Shown: positions 18,070 through 27,599 of the stretch, piece after piece
Position numbering within the stretch: position 1 is the first letter of the stretch
How the letters are laid out: every line of letters starts with the position of its first letter
From: an uncultured Gammaproteobacteria bacterium
Lineage (GTDB): Bacteria > Patescibacteriota > Patescibacteriia > XYB2-FULL-38-15
Assembly: GCA_965231095.1 (NCBI GenBank)
Contig: OZ246416.1
Span: forward strand, 1-48,937
Length of the DNA: 48,937 bases
Direction: 5' to 3'
Position numbers and translations under genes: made by a program
The notes under the pieces: generated by a model
Database searches by the model: none
What the model saw: only the letters and a program-made list of their open reading frames with translations
What the model was told of the DNA's origin: nothing

Positions 18070-19290
18070 ATGCCAGAAATAAAACCAGAAATTGAAACTT
18101 TTGCCAAGATTAAGGTTGTTGGCGTCGGGGGATCGGGCGGATCAGCGGTGAATCGCATGGTCAAAGCGAAAATAAGAGGCGTTGAATTTATTGCCGCCAA
18201 TACTGATGTTCAGGCACTTCATTATTCAGAAGCGCCGGTAAGGTTGCACATTGGCAAAACTATCACTCGCGGTTTGGGAGCGGGAATGGACGCGGAAGTC
18301 GGGAGGCGCGCGGCCGAAGAAAGCCAAAATGAAATTAGAGATGCCCTAAAGGGCGCGGACATGGTATTTGTGACTTGCGGTTTGGGCGGCGGCACGGGAT
18401 CTGGCGCGGCGCCGATTGTTGCCCAGCTGGCGCGCGATCAAGGAGCGCTCACCGTGGCAGTGGTGACAAAACCATTTTCGTTTGAAGGAGCGCAGCGGCG
18501 GACCATTGCCGAGCGGGCGCTTGAAGAGCTCGAAGACAAGGTTGATACTTTGATTACTATTCCAAACGACAGACTTTTACAAATTATTGATAAAAAAACA
18601 TCGCTCCTGGACGCTTTTATGACTTGCGATGAGGTTTTAAAAAATGGTGTGCAAGGAATTTCGGAATTAATCACCATCCCGGGTTTGATTAATGTTGATT
18701 TCGCGGATGTTCGGGCGATTATGAAAGACGCGGGAAGTGCCATGATGGGAATCGGCGAAGCGGGCGGCGAGGGCAGAGCCGACGAGGCGGCCAAAGCCGC
18801 GATTTCTTCTCCGCTTTTGGAGATGTCAATCGATGGCGCGCGCGGAATTCTATTTACGGTTACGGGCGGCCCGAATTTGGGCATGCATGAGGTGGCCGAG
18901 GCGGCAAAAGTCATTACCGGATCGGCCGATCCTGACGCCAAAGTTATTTTTGGCGCGGTGATAAACGAGAACATGAAAGATGATATTAAGATAACAGTGA
19001 TTGCCACGGGATTTACGGAAAGAAGAAAAGCTTCTTATGATACAGAAGCTCCGGCGGCGCGAACTTTTTCCGTTCCGACAATCGGAAAAGCGAAAGAATC
19101 GGAAAAATCATCCGTTGGCCAATTTCAAAAAAGGCCGGTGAAAAAAATTACCGAATTCGGAGACATTGAGGGGGCTGATGAAAAAGAAACAGCCGGGAAA
19201 AATTTTTCCGCGAAAAAAGTCGGCGCGGCCGAAGGGGGAGAGGCGGAGGACTTGGATATCCCCGCGTTTCTTCGAAAAAAAATAATGTAA
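18070..19290 (+). CDS. ftsZ: Cell division protein FtsZ
   Basis: GLGGGTGSG tubulin signature, INVDFADV, C-terminal [10 protein letters not shown]. Confidence 0.98.
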   Translation: MPEIKPEIETFAKIKVVGVGGSGGSAVNRMVKAKIRGVEFIAANTDVQALHYSEAPVRLHIGKTITRGLGAGMDAEVGRRAAEESQNEIRDALKGADMVFVTCGLGGGTGSGAAPIVAQLARDQGALTVAVVTKPFSFEGAQRRTIAERALEELEDKVDTLITIPNDRLLQIIDKKTSLLDAFMTCDEVLKNGVQGISELITIPGLINVDFADVRAIMKDAGSAMMGIGEAGGEGRADEAAKAAISSPLLEMSIDGARGILFTVTGGPNLGMHEVAEAAKVITGSADPDAKVIFGAVINENMKDDIKITVIATGFTERRKASYDTEAPAARTFSVPTIGKAKESEKSSVGQFQKRPVKKITEFGDIEGADEKETAGKNFSAKKVGAAEGGEAEDLDIPAFLRKKIM

Positions 19291-19357
19291 ATTAAAATTT
19301 AGTATAGATAATACGATAGCAAGATAGCGAGAGCAGATTTGAGAAGGAGGAATTAGG

Positions 19358-19438
19358 ATGGACTTGAAAATTTATTTAGAGTTTCTCGAATCAATGTTCT
19401 TAAAGGTTATCTTGTTATTTTATTCGCCTAATTTATGA
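19358..19438 (+). CDS. Candidate 26-aa leader peptide overlapping the nrdD start (not in ORF track)
   Basis: AAGGAGG 7 nt before ATG 19358; MDLKIYLEFLESMFLKVILLFYSPNL; stop TGA overlaps the nrdD ATG (ATGA). Confidence 0.35.
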   Translation: MDLKIYLEFLESMFLKVILLFYSPNL

Positions 19439-21468
19439 TTTATAACCAGAATAAAATTACCCAGATAAGAAAAAGGGATGGTCGTATTGTTGATTTTGAT
19501 CAGGGGAAAGTTACGATAGCGATCGGAAAGGCAATAGAGGCGACCGGAGAAAAGGATGAAAAATTGGCGAATCGACTTTCAGACCAGTTGATGAAAGATT
19601 TGAACAAGAAATTCCATCCGCGTTCAATCCCGGCCGTGGAAGAGATTCAAGATCTTGTTGAAGAAGTTTTGATTAGAGCCAGACAAATCAGAGTGGCCAA
19701 GGCGTATATTATCTATCGCGACCAACATGCTAAAATTCGTGAGTTGAATGCTTTAGTTGATGGAAATCAATTGATGGGAAATTATTTGGATAAATTGGAT
19801 TGGTTGGTTCGGGAAAACAGTAACATGGCTTTTTCTCTGCAGGGTTTGAATAATCATGTCAGTTCAGCGATAAGTTCTCATTATTGGCTGCAGAAAGTTT
19901 ATCCGCCGGAAATCAGAGATGCTTATGTGGAAGGAGATTTTCATATTCATGATTTACAAATTTTAGCGGCATATTGTTGCGGCTGGGATCTACACGACTT
20001 GTTGGCGCGCGGTTTTGGCGGAGTTATGGGAAAAATAGAGTCAAAACCGGCAAAACATTTGAGGAGTGCTCTTGGGCAGATTGTTAATTTCTTTTATACT
20101 CTGCAGGGTGAAGTGGCGGGCGCGCAAGCTTTTGCCAATTTTGACACCCTTCTCGCTCCTTTTATTCGTTACGATGGGTTGACCTATAAAGAAGTGAGGC
20201 AGGCTCTGCAGGAATTCGTTTTTAATGTTAATGTTCCGACCCGCGTTGGTTTTCAAACGCCGTTTACCAATATCACCATGGATCTTGCTCCGCCAAAAAA
20301 TATGGCGGATGAGGCAGTGATTGTTGGCGGCGTTCCTCAAAAAGAAAAATACGGAGAATTCCAGGTAGAAATGGATATGTTAAATCAGGCTTTCGCTGAA
20401 GTGATGATTGCCGGCGACGCCAAGGGCAGAGTTTTCTCTTTTCCGATTCCAACATATAATGTCACACCGGATTTTAATTGGGAGAAGAAAGAGTTTGATC
20501 CTATCTGGGAAATGACGGCTAAATATGGCATTCCTTATTTTGCCAATTTTGTAAATTCCGATATGAAGGCCGAGGACGCGCGTTCAATGTGCTGCCGTCT
20601 GCGGCTTGATAATCGTGAATTAAGAAAACGCGGCGGCGGACTTTTCGCGGCGAATCCTCTGACCGGTTCAATTGGTGTCGTCACAATCAACTTGCCGCGT
20701 ATTGGTTATCTTTCGAAAACCAGAAAAGAATTTTTTGATCGCCTGGCGCGATTGATGGATTTGGCTAAAAAAAGTTTGGAAATTAAAAGAGAGGTGATTG
20801 AAACTCTAACCAGCAAGGGGCTTTATCCTTATTGCCGCCATTATCTTGCGCCAATAAAAGAGAGGTTTAATGAATATTGGAGAAATCATTTTAATACTAT
20901 CGGTTTGATCGGGATGAATGAAGCGTGTCTTAATTTTTTAGGTAGAAACATCGCCACGGAAGAGGGCCAGGATTTTGCTAAATCGGTTCTTGATTTTATG
21001 AGAGAGAGATTGATGGACTACCAGCTTGAAACAAACAATCTTTACAATCTTGAAGCAACGCCGGGCGAAGGCACGAGCTACAGCTTGGTGAAAAAAGATA
21101 AAGCAAAGTATCCGGATATTATTGTCGCCAACGAAAAAGCTCATCGAGAAAAAGGCGCGACTCCGTATTATACAAACTCAACTCATTTGCCGGTTGGTTT
21201 TACGGATGATTACTTTGAAGCTTTGCGTTTGCAAGATGATCTGCAGACGCGGTATACTGGAGGTACGGTGCTTCATGGATTTATTGGCGAAAGATTGCCC
21301 AACGGCGATGCGGCAAAAATACTTGTCAGAAAAATCGCCAGTCAATTTCATCTTCCTTACTTTTCTCTCACACCGACTTTCAGCGTTTGCCCAAAGCACG
21401 GGTATATGGCTGGCGAACATCCGTTCTGCCCGAAGTGTGACGAAGAGATTGGCCACAAAAATTCATGA
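19435..21468 (+). CDS. nrdD: Class III (anaerobic) ribonucleoside-triphosphate reductase, catalytic part with ATP cone, lacking the glycyl-radical tail
   Basis: IRKRDGRIVDF ATP cone, YCCGW, SMCCRLRLD finger loop, GSIGVVTINLPR, ends at CPKH...CPKC Zn site. Confidence 0.93.
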   Translation: MIYNQNKITQIRKRDGRIVDFDQGKVTIAIGKAIEATGEKDEKLANRLSDQLMKDLNKKFHPRSIPAVEEIQDLVEEVLIRARQIRVAKAYIIYRDQHAKIRELNALVDGNQLMGNYLDKLDWLVRENSNMAFSLQGLNNHVSSAISSHYWLQKVYPPEIRDAYVEGDFHIHDLQILAAYCCGWDLHDLLARGFGGVMGKIESKPAKHLRSALGQIVNFFYTLQGEVAGAQAFANFDTLLAPFIRYDGLTYKEVRQALQEFVFNVNVPTRVGFQTPFTNITMDLAPPKNMADEAVIVGGVPQKEKYGEFQVEMDMLNQAFAEVMIAGDAKGRVFSFPIPTYNVTPDFNWEKKEFDPIWEMTAKYGIPYFANFVNSDMKAEDARSMCCRLRLDNRELRKRGGGLFAANPLTGSIGVVTINLPRIGYLSKTRKEFFDRLARLMDLAKKSLEIKREVIETLTSKGLYPYCRHYLAPIKERFNEYWRNHFNTIGLIGMNEACLNFLGRNIATEEGQDFAKSVLDFMRERLMDYQLETNNLYNLEATPGEGTSYSLVKKDKAKYPDIIVANEKAHREKGATPYYTNSTHLPVGFTDDYFEALRLQDDLQTRYTGGTVLHGFIGERLPNGDAAKILVRKIASQFHLPYFSLTPTFSVCPKHGYMAGEHPFCPKCDEEIGHKNS

Positions 21469-21523
21469 ATAGTTAATAAAGAAAGATTATAATAAAATAA
21501 TAATTAATAATAACAATAAGCAT

Positions 21524-21673
21524 ATGACGGAGGAAAAAGAGTTAAAGCGTCAGCCGTGCGAAATTTATTCCCGCGTGGTCGGATATCTTCGGCCGGTAAG
21601 CCAATGGAACGACGGGAAGCAGGCGGAATTCGGAGAGAGAAAAACTTATGATAAGCAGTTGATGGAAGAGTAA
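21524..21673 (+). CDS. nrdD: Free-standing NrdD glycyl-radical domain, 49 aa (not in ORF track)
   Basis: Manual translation MTEEKELKRQPCEIYSRVVGYLRPVSQWNDGKQAEFGERKTYDKQLMEE contains the RVVGY glycyl-radical loop. Confidence 0.9.
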   Translation: MTEEKELKRQPCEIYSRVVGYLRPVSQWNDGKQAEFGERKTYDKQLMEE

Positions 21674-21732
21674 AAATTTGGTAGAATGAGATATGAAAAC
21701 ATGATAGCTTTTGTTATCATGTTTTTATATGA

Positions 21733-22485
21733 ATGAGAAATAAACTGATAATGGAAAATTTTATGATGATTGGCGGTCTGCAAAAATTGACTCTTATTGA
21801 TTATCCCGGCAAAATTGCTTGCACGGTTTTTACGGTTGGCTGTAATTTTCGCTGTCATTTTTGCCATAACCCGGAACTGATTAATCCGGCTAAATTTAAG
21901 TTATCGGAAATTATTGAAGAAAAAGTTTTTTTTGATTTTTTAAATTCGCGACACGGACTTTTAGACGGTGTTTGTATTACAGGCGGGGAGCCGACGCTTT
22001 ACCCCGATTTGCCGGAATTTATAAAAAAAATTAAGGAGCTGGGGTTTTTAGTAAAACTGGATACCAACGGAACAAATCCGGAAATGATCGGAGTGCTTGT
22101 GGCGGAAAAATTAATTGATTATGTTGCGATGGACATTAAAACAAAACTCAAAACGCAAAACTCAAAATTCAAAACTTACGATGAAGTTGTGGGAGTAAAA
22201 GTGGATTTATCAAATATTGAAAAGAGCATTAAAATCATTATGCAAAGTGGAATTGATTATGAATTTCGGACGACGATGGTGCCAAAGCTGCATACCGAGG
22301 AAGATATCATGCAAATTGCCGAAGAGCTCCGCGGCGCGAAAAAATATTATTTGCAGCAATTTAGATCCGGAGGGAAAATTTTTGATCCGGAATTCTATGA
22401 TGTAAAACCGTACCCAATAGAATTTTTAAAAGATTTACGTGAAAAAATAAAAGGAAATTTTGGAATTTGTGAGATTAGAGATTAG
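21733..22485 (+). CDS. nrdG: Anaerobic RNR activating enzyme (radical SAM); true start probably 21763 or 21766
   Basis: LIDYPGKIACTVFTVGCNFRCHFCHN (CxxxCxxC), ITGGEPT, KLDTNG, YEFRTT. Confidence 0.92.
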   Translation: MRNKLIMENFMMIGGLQKLTLIDYPGKIACTVFTVGCNFRCHFCHNPELINPAKFKLSEIIEEKVFFDFLNSRHGLLDGVCITGGEPTLYPDLPEFIKKIKELGFLVKLDTNGTNPEMIGVLVAEKLIDYVAMDIKTKLKTQNSKFKTYDEVVGVKVDLSNIEKSIKIIMQSGIDYEFRTTMVPKLHTEEDIMQIAEELRGAKKYYLQQFRSGGKIFDPEFYDVKPYPIEFLKDLREKIKGNFGICEIRD

Positions 22486-22529
22486 GAGACAGGCGGTTAC
22501 TTTTTATCCCATTTTTTGATATAATTAAT

Positions 22530-22844
22530 ATGACTCCGCTTGAGAGAAGAGTTTTAATATTGATAAAGAAAATCCCGCGAGGGAAAGTCTCAACTTACGG
22601 CGAAATTGCGAGGATTTTAAAGACCGGGCCGCGGGCGGTAGGAAACGCGCTTCATAAAAATCCTCATCTTATAAAAATTCCTTGCCATCGGGTGGTAAAA
22701 TCAGATGGAAGTTTAGGAGGGTATGTTGGCGGGGGAGAAAAGAAGATGGGGTTGCTTAAAAAAGAGGGGATATTGTTCAAAAAAAATAAAATAATAAATT
22801 TTGTACAAGTAATTTATAAATTAAACAAAAAAGTAAATAATTAA
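22530..22844 (+). CDS. MGMT family O6-alkylguanine DNA alkyltransferase (DNA-binding domain only)
   Basis: IPRGKVSTYGEIA, PRAVGNAL, active-site PCHRV. Confidence 0.88.
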   Translation: MTPLERRVLILIKKIPRGKVSTYGEIARILKTGPRAVGNALHKNPHLIKIPCHRVVKSDGSLGGYVGGGEKKMGLLKKEGILFKKNKIINFVQVIYKLNKKVNN

Positions 22845-22961
22845 TTCCCAATTTCCAATTACTAATTTCCAATAAATGTTCAATGTCCAATTTTAATTTT
22901 AGACATTTGACATGGGGATTTTGAAATTTATTTAGATATTAGAAATTAGGAATTAGGAATT
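22843..22961. repeat. Nested inverted heptamer arrays
   Basis: aattccc aatttcc aattact aatttcc aata aatgttc aatgtcc ... agatatt agaaatt aggaatt aggaatt. Confidence 0.8.
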
Positions 22962-22971
22962 TTCAAATATT

Positions 22972-24210
22972 ATGTTCCAAGATAAATCTTTCCAAAAAAT
23001 TATCGTAGCCGCGGCGCTTGTTGGTTTGATTTTTGGGGGAGTGGGCGGGACGCTCGGCGGGCTTTATGGCAAAAGCTATATCATTCCGTGGTTTGCCAAA
23101 AATTTTTTAGGCCAGGATGTCGTTATTGGCGGGGGGAGCGCGAGCGAGCAGGCGAAAACTCAAGCGGTTATAGAGGAATCAGCAACGGTTGACGCCGTTA
23201 AAAAAGTCGCTCCGGCCGTGGTTTCAATAATTATTTCCAAAGATATTAGTAAAATAAATAATTATAATAATTTCCCCTTTGAGTTGTTCGGTTTTAATTT
23301 TCCCTTTGGTTCCGGGGAACCAAATACTGGCAGTACGGGTAAAACAGAAGTTGGCGGGGGAACGGGCTTTATTATTTCTTCGGATGGTTTGATTTTAACC
23401 AATAAACACGTGGCTTCGGACGCGGAGGCGGAATATACGGTCATAACAAATGACGACCAAAAGTACGACGCGAAAATTTTAGCGACTGATCCGGTTTTGG
23501 ATATAGCCGTTTTAAAAATTGAAGCCGCCGGCCTCCCGACGGTGGAACTGGGTGATTCCGATAAAATTGAACTTGGTCAAACAGTAATAGCCATTGGCAA
23601 TTCGCTCGGGGAATATAAAAATACCGTGACTAAAGGAGTTATCTCGGGTATGGGCCGAAGGATTGTGGCGGGCAATAATCAGGGCGGATCAGAAGTGATT
23701 GAAGAGGCGATCCAAACAGACGCGGCGATTAATCCGGGAAATTCTGGCGGTCCGCTTATAAATTTGGCCGGACAGGTAATTGCCATTAACACCGCCATGA
23801 ATCAGGAAGGGCAGCTGATCGGTTTTGCCATTCCGATTAACGCGGCCAAGCAAGACATTGAAAGTGTAAAAACGAGCGGGAAAATTGTTCGGCCGTGGCT
23901 TGGTGTCCGCTATGTTTTGATTAATGAGGAAATTGCTAAAGAAAATCAATTGGAAAAAGATTATGGCGCGCTTGTAGCCCGCGGCCAAAAACAAACAGAC
24001 TTGGCAGTGGTGCCGGGTTCTCCGGCCGACAAGGCGGGGATTGTGGAAAATGATATTATTTTGGAAATTAATGGACAAAAAATAGACGAAGAGCACGCGC
24101 TGGCCAGGGAAATTGCGAAACATAAACCCGGGGAGGAAATAACCCTAAAAGTTTTGCGAAAAGGCGAGGAAAAAGATATTAAAGTAACGCTTGGCGAATA
24201 TAAAGATTAA
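22972..24210 (+). CDS. htrA: HtrA/DegP-family serine protease with TM anchor and one PDZ domain
   Basis: TNKHV, DIAVLKI, QTDAAINPGNSGGPL catalytic triad; PDZ GSPADKAG. Confidence 0.92.
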   Translation: MFQDKSFQKIIVAAALVGLIFGGVGGTLGGLYGKSYIIPWFAKNFLGQDVVIGGGSASEQAKTQAVIEESATVDAVKKVAPAVVSIIISKDISKINNYNNFPFELFGFNFPFGSGEPNTGSTGKTEVGGGTGFIISSDGLILTNKHVASDAEAEYTVITNDDQKYDAKILATDPVLDIAVLKIEAAGLPTVELGDSDKIELGQTVIAIGNSLGEYKNTVTKGVISGMGRRIVAGNNQGGSEVIEEAIQTDAAINPGNSGGPLINLAGQVIAINTAMNQEGQLIGFAIPINAAKQDIESVKTSGKIVRPWLGVRYVLINEEIAKENQLEKDYGALVARGQKQTDLAVVPGSPADKAGIVENDIILEINGQKIDEEHALAREIAKHKPGEEITLKVLRKGEEKDIKVTLGEYKD

Positions 24211-24230
24211 AGCGAGGGCGGTGAGAAATT

Positions 24231-25340
24231 ATGAAAATGGACGAGTTGGTAAAAAATATAGAAGAATTGGGGAAGAGGATAGAGAAAGCCTTTGAACTTT
24301 TGAAATTAGAAGATAATAAAAAAGAAATTGTTGAATTGGAAAAATTAACTTTGGCGCCGGAGTTTTGGAAAAATCAGGAGGCGGCGCGGGAGACAAGCCA
24401 AAAATTAAACGACTTGAAAGAAGAAGTTGAGGTTTGGGAAAAATTAAAAAAAGAAGTGGAAGATATTTTTGATTTGGCGCAGCTTGATGAAAAAGATCAG
24501 GCCGTAACTCTTCGGGAGGAGATTGAAAAAAGATATGATGACCTTCTGGCGCAGTTTAAAAAATTGGAATTTTTTGTTTTATTTTCCGGGCCGCATGATC
24601 GGGCAAGCGCCATTTTAAGCATTCATGCCGGAACGGGCGGGACAGAGGCGCAGGATTGGGCGGAGATGCTCCTTAGAATGTATTTTAGATTTTGCGAAAA
24701 GAAGGGATGGGCAACGGCGATTATTGACGAAACGCGAGGAGGGGAGGCGGGCATAAAAAGTATTACCGTAAAAGTTTCCGGGCGAATGGCTTACGGCTGG
24801 CTCCGGAGCGAATCGGGGGTCCATCGTTTAGTGCGCATCTCTCCATATGACGCGGAAAAAATGCGCCACACTTCTTTTGCTCTCGTGGAAGTTTTGCCGG
24901 AAATTGAAGATGTTTCAGAAGTAAAATTGGATCCAAAAGATTTGCGGATTGACACTTTTCTTTCTTCGGGGCATGGCGGGCAGAGCGTGCAGACAACATA
25001 TTCGGCCGTTCGGGTTGTCCATCTTCCGACCGGGCTTACGGTAAGTTGTCAGCGGGAACGTTCACAGGCGCAAAACAAAGAAGTTGCCCTAAAAATTTTG
25101 AAAGCGAAAATTTTGCATTTGCAAGAAGAAACAAGAACAAAAGAAATTGATAAATTGCGAGCCGGAGTTTTGGCGGCATGGGGGAATCAAATTAGGTCGT
25201 ATGTTTTGCAGCCGTATAAATTGGTAAAAGACCATCGGACAAAATTTGAGACGGTGGATACCGGTGCGGTGCTTGACGGAGATTTGGAATTATTTATGGA
25301 GGCGTATTTGAAATGGAAAAAAGAGCAGGGAAATAAATAA
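24231..25340 (+). CDS. prfB: Peptide chain release factor 2, no programmed frameshift
   Basis: GGTEAQDWA, ESGVHRLVRISPY, GGQ motif, WGNQIRSYV; single open frame. Confidence 0.95.
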   Translation: MKMDELVKNIEELGKRIEKAFELLKLEDNKKEIVELEKLTLAPEFWKNQEAARETSQKLNDLKEEVEVWEKLKKEVEDIFDLAQLDEKDQAVTLREEIEKRYDDLLAQFKKLEFFVLFSGPHDRASAILSIHAGTGGTEAQDWAEMLLRMYFRFCEKKGWATAIIDETRGGEAGIKSITVKVSGRMAYGWLRSESGVHRLVRISPYDAEKMRHTSFALVEVLPEIEDVSEVKLDPKDLRIDTFLSSGHGGQSVQTTYSAVRVVHLPTGLTVSCQRERSQAQNKEVALKILKAKILHLQEETRTKEIDKLRAGVLAAWGNQIRSYVLQPYKLVKDHRTKFETVDTGAVLDGDLELFMEAYLKWKKEQGNK

Positions 25341-25376
25341 AATTAGATAGAGTTTTAAAATTGAAATTTTATATTT

Positions 25377-26333
25377 ATGGCAAAAATTATTGTCACCGGC
25401 GGGGCAGGATTTATTGGTTCTCATATTGTGGACGCGCTCGTTCGGCGCGGCCATCGGGTTGTTGTAATTGATAATTTATCCGCGGGCAAAAAAGAGAACG
25501 TCAATCCCAAAGCAAAGTTTTATAAAGCGGACATTCGCGATAAAAAAGTTACGGAAATTTTTAAAAGAGAAAAACCATGGGCGGTTTTTCATTACGCCGC
25601 CCAGATAGACGCGCGAGCTTCGGCGCGCGATCCGATGTTTGACGCGGAAATCAATGTACTCGGTTCCATAAACATTATGCAGAACGCCGCGAAGGCCGGA
25701 ACTAAAAAAATAATTTTTGCCTCAAGTGGCGGGTCGTTTTCTTCCGAGGCGACAGTTCTTCCCACACCCGAAGATCAAATTTCTTTGCCCGTTTCCCCCT
25801 ACGGAGCGGCAAAAATTTCCGCGGAGATGTATCTTAATTATTTTTTGAAAACATACGGCATGAAATATGTCGCCTTGCGCATGGCAAATGTTTACGGTCC
25901 GCGGCAGAGCCCAAAGGGCGAGGCGGGGGTAGTGGCGATTTTCACCGGCAAAATGCTCCGTAACGAACAGCCGCTAATTTTTGGCAGCGGACGGCAGACC
26001 AGAGATTATGTTTTTGTGGAAGACGCGGTCGGGGCGGCGATGCTCGCTCTTAAATCAAATAAAGTCGGCTCTTATAATGTTGGGACAGGAAAGGAGACGA
26101 GCACCCTTGAAATTTTTAGAAAATTAAAACAGTTGACCGGCGCGAAAGTCGGGGAGGTTCACGGCGCTCCTCCCGGCCAAGAGAAAAAAGGTTCGGCCGT
26201 AGCTGCCGGGGAACAAATGAGAAGCGTCTTGGATTGTTCTAAAATCAGCCGCGAGCTTGGATGGAAACCGGCCGTCACCCTGGACAATGGTTTGGGAAAG
26301 ACGGTGGAATGGTTTAAAACAAACAGAAAATAA
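25377..26333 (+). CDS. NAD-dependent epimerase/dehydratase (UDP-glucose 4-epimerase-like)
   Basis: GGAGFIG, YGAAK, NVYGPRQ, GRQTRDYV. Confidence 0.88.
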   Translation: MAKIIVTGGAGFIGSHIVDALVRRGHRVVVIDNLSAGKKENVNPKAKFYKADIRDKKVTEIFKREKPWAVFHYAAQIDARASARDPMFDAEINVLGSINIMQNAAKAGTKKIIFASSGGSFSSEATVLPTPEDQISLPVSPYGAAKISAEMYLNYFLKTYGMKYVALRMANVYGPRQSPKGEAGVVAIFTGKMLRNEQPLIFGSGRQTRDYVFVEDAVGAAMLALKSNKVGSYNVGTGKETSTLEIFRKLKQLTGAKVGEVHGAPPGQEKKGSAVAAGEQMRSVLDCSKISRELGWKPAVTLDNGLGKTVEWFKTNRK

Positions 26334-26342
26334 AAAAATAAA

Positions 26343-26429
26343 TTATTCAGCTACTCGATTACCTAATTACAGATTATAAAAAATTGATTGGGTAATTTAT
26401 GGTAACTAAGTAATTAAGTAATTTTGTAA
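26343..26429. repeat. Degenerate inverted octamer arrays
   Basis: Left ttacctaa/ttacagat units versus right ttgggtaa, ctaagtaa, ttaagtaa, ttttgtaa running into the MFS ATG. Confidence 0.6.
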
Positions 26430-27580
26430 TGTTCCACTCTTTTTTCCACCGCTACTTTGCCGACGGGATGACACGAGAGTTAAAAGAACTTTTTTGGTCA
26501 ACGGCGATTTTGGATTTTGCCGTTTCGGCCGTGGGCGTTTTTGAACCAATCTATCTTTATACTCTGGGATTTTCTTTGTCCCGGATATTAATTTTTTACA
26601 TCGCGGTTTACGCGTTGTATTTTTTATTGGTTCCCCTGGGCGGAAAATTTGCCCGCACTCGCGGTTACGAGCACGCCATTCTTTTTTCCACGCCATTTTT
26701 GATTCTGTTTTACTTATCTTTGTTTGCTATTCCTTACCACCCGTTTTTTATCGTGAGCGCGATAATTTCTCTGGCGCTGCAAAAAACGCTTTATTGGCCG
26801 GGATACCACGCGGATTTCGCCCGTTTTGGAAAAGACGGTTCGCGGGGAAAAGAAATTTCCAATCTGGTAGCGCTTGATTCCGTCGTGATGATTTTGGGCC
26901 CGGCCTTTGGCGGAGTAGTAATCGCGACAGTCGGATTTAAGGTTTTGTTTATTGTCGTCGCTTTTTTAATTTTGGTTTCAAATCTTCCTCTGCTTACCAC
27001 TCCGGAAAAATTTGTGCCCGTAAAGTTTTCTTATAAAGATTCAATGAAAAGGTTGGTGGCGCCGGAAAATCGAAGAAAACTTTTTTCTTATTTGGGTTTT
27101 GCCGAGGAACATTTGGCCGGTTATCTTTGGCCGATTTTTATTTTTTTAATGATTCCGGCTTACACTTCCATCGGTTTTTTGGTTTCCGCCTCGGTTTTTG
27201 TGGCGACAATTTTAACTTTTTACATTGGGAGAATAACTGATGAAGAAAGCCGGCATGAGGTTTTAAAAATCGGGGTTATTTTTACCGCCTTCACCTGGCT
27301 TATGAGAATTTTGGTGGTTTCGGGCATTGGTGTTTTTATGACCGAATCGCTATACAGAATTTCCAGGCGCACGGTCGGCGTGCCGCTGGCGGCGATTACT
27401 TACGAAGAAGCAAAAAAAACCAGCGTGATGAACTGTGTCGTTTTTCTCCAGATGGCTTTGGTTTTGGGGAAACTTCTTATAAGCGCCCTCGCACTTCTTG
27501 CACTTTTCTTTTTTCCGGACAGCTGGATCGCGATTTTTATTTTGGGCGCGGTAATGACAGCGTTTTACGCGTTGATTTAG
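26429..27580 (+). CDS. MFS-type transporter
   Basis: About 11-12 hydrophobic segments, GGKFARTRG and GRITDEESR loop motifs, GPAFGG. Confidence 0.8.
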   Translation: MFHSFFHRYFADGMTRELKELFWSTAILDFAVSAVGVFEPIYLYTLGFSLSRILIFYIAVYALYFLLVPLGGKFARTRGYEHAILFSTPFLILFYLSLFAIPYHPFFIVSAIISLALQKTLYWPGYHADFARFGKDGSRGKEISNLVALDSVVMILGPAFGGVVIATVGFKVLFIVVAFLILVSNLPLLTTPEKFVPVKFSYKDSMKRLVAPENRRKLFSYLGFAEEHLAGYLWPIFIFLMIPAYTSIGFLVSASVFVATILTFYIGRITDEESRHEVLKIGVIFTAFTWLMRILVVSGIGVFMTESLYRISRRTVGVPLAAITYEEAKKTSVMNCVVFLQMALVLGKLLISALALLALFFFPDSWIAIFILGAVMTAFYALI

Positions 27581-27599
27581 AAAGCAGGAGGAAGAATTT

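Noticed and set aside
19300-19434. NrdR boxes upstream of nrdD
   Set aside because: No convincing match to the palindromic consensus by eye
19435-21468. Intein or intron in nrdD
   Set aside because: Length and motif spacing leave no room for an insertion; no splicing motifs seen
21469-21523. nrdD split as a simple frameshift or sequencing error
   Set aside because: The gap is a 55-nt AT-rich spacer containing stop codons, and the small ORF has its own ATG; a read check is still advisable
24280-24310. prfB +1 programmed frameshift
   Set aside because: No in-frame CTT-TGA; the ORF is continuous
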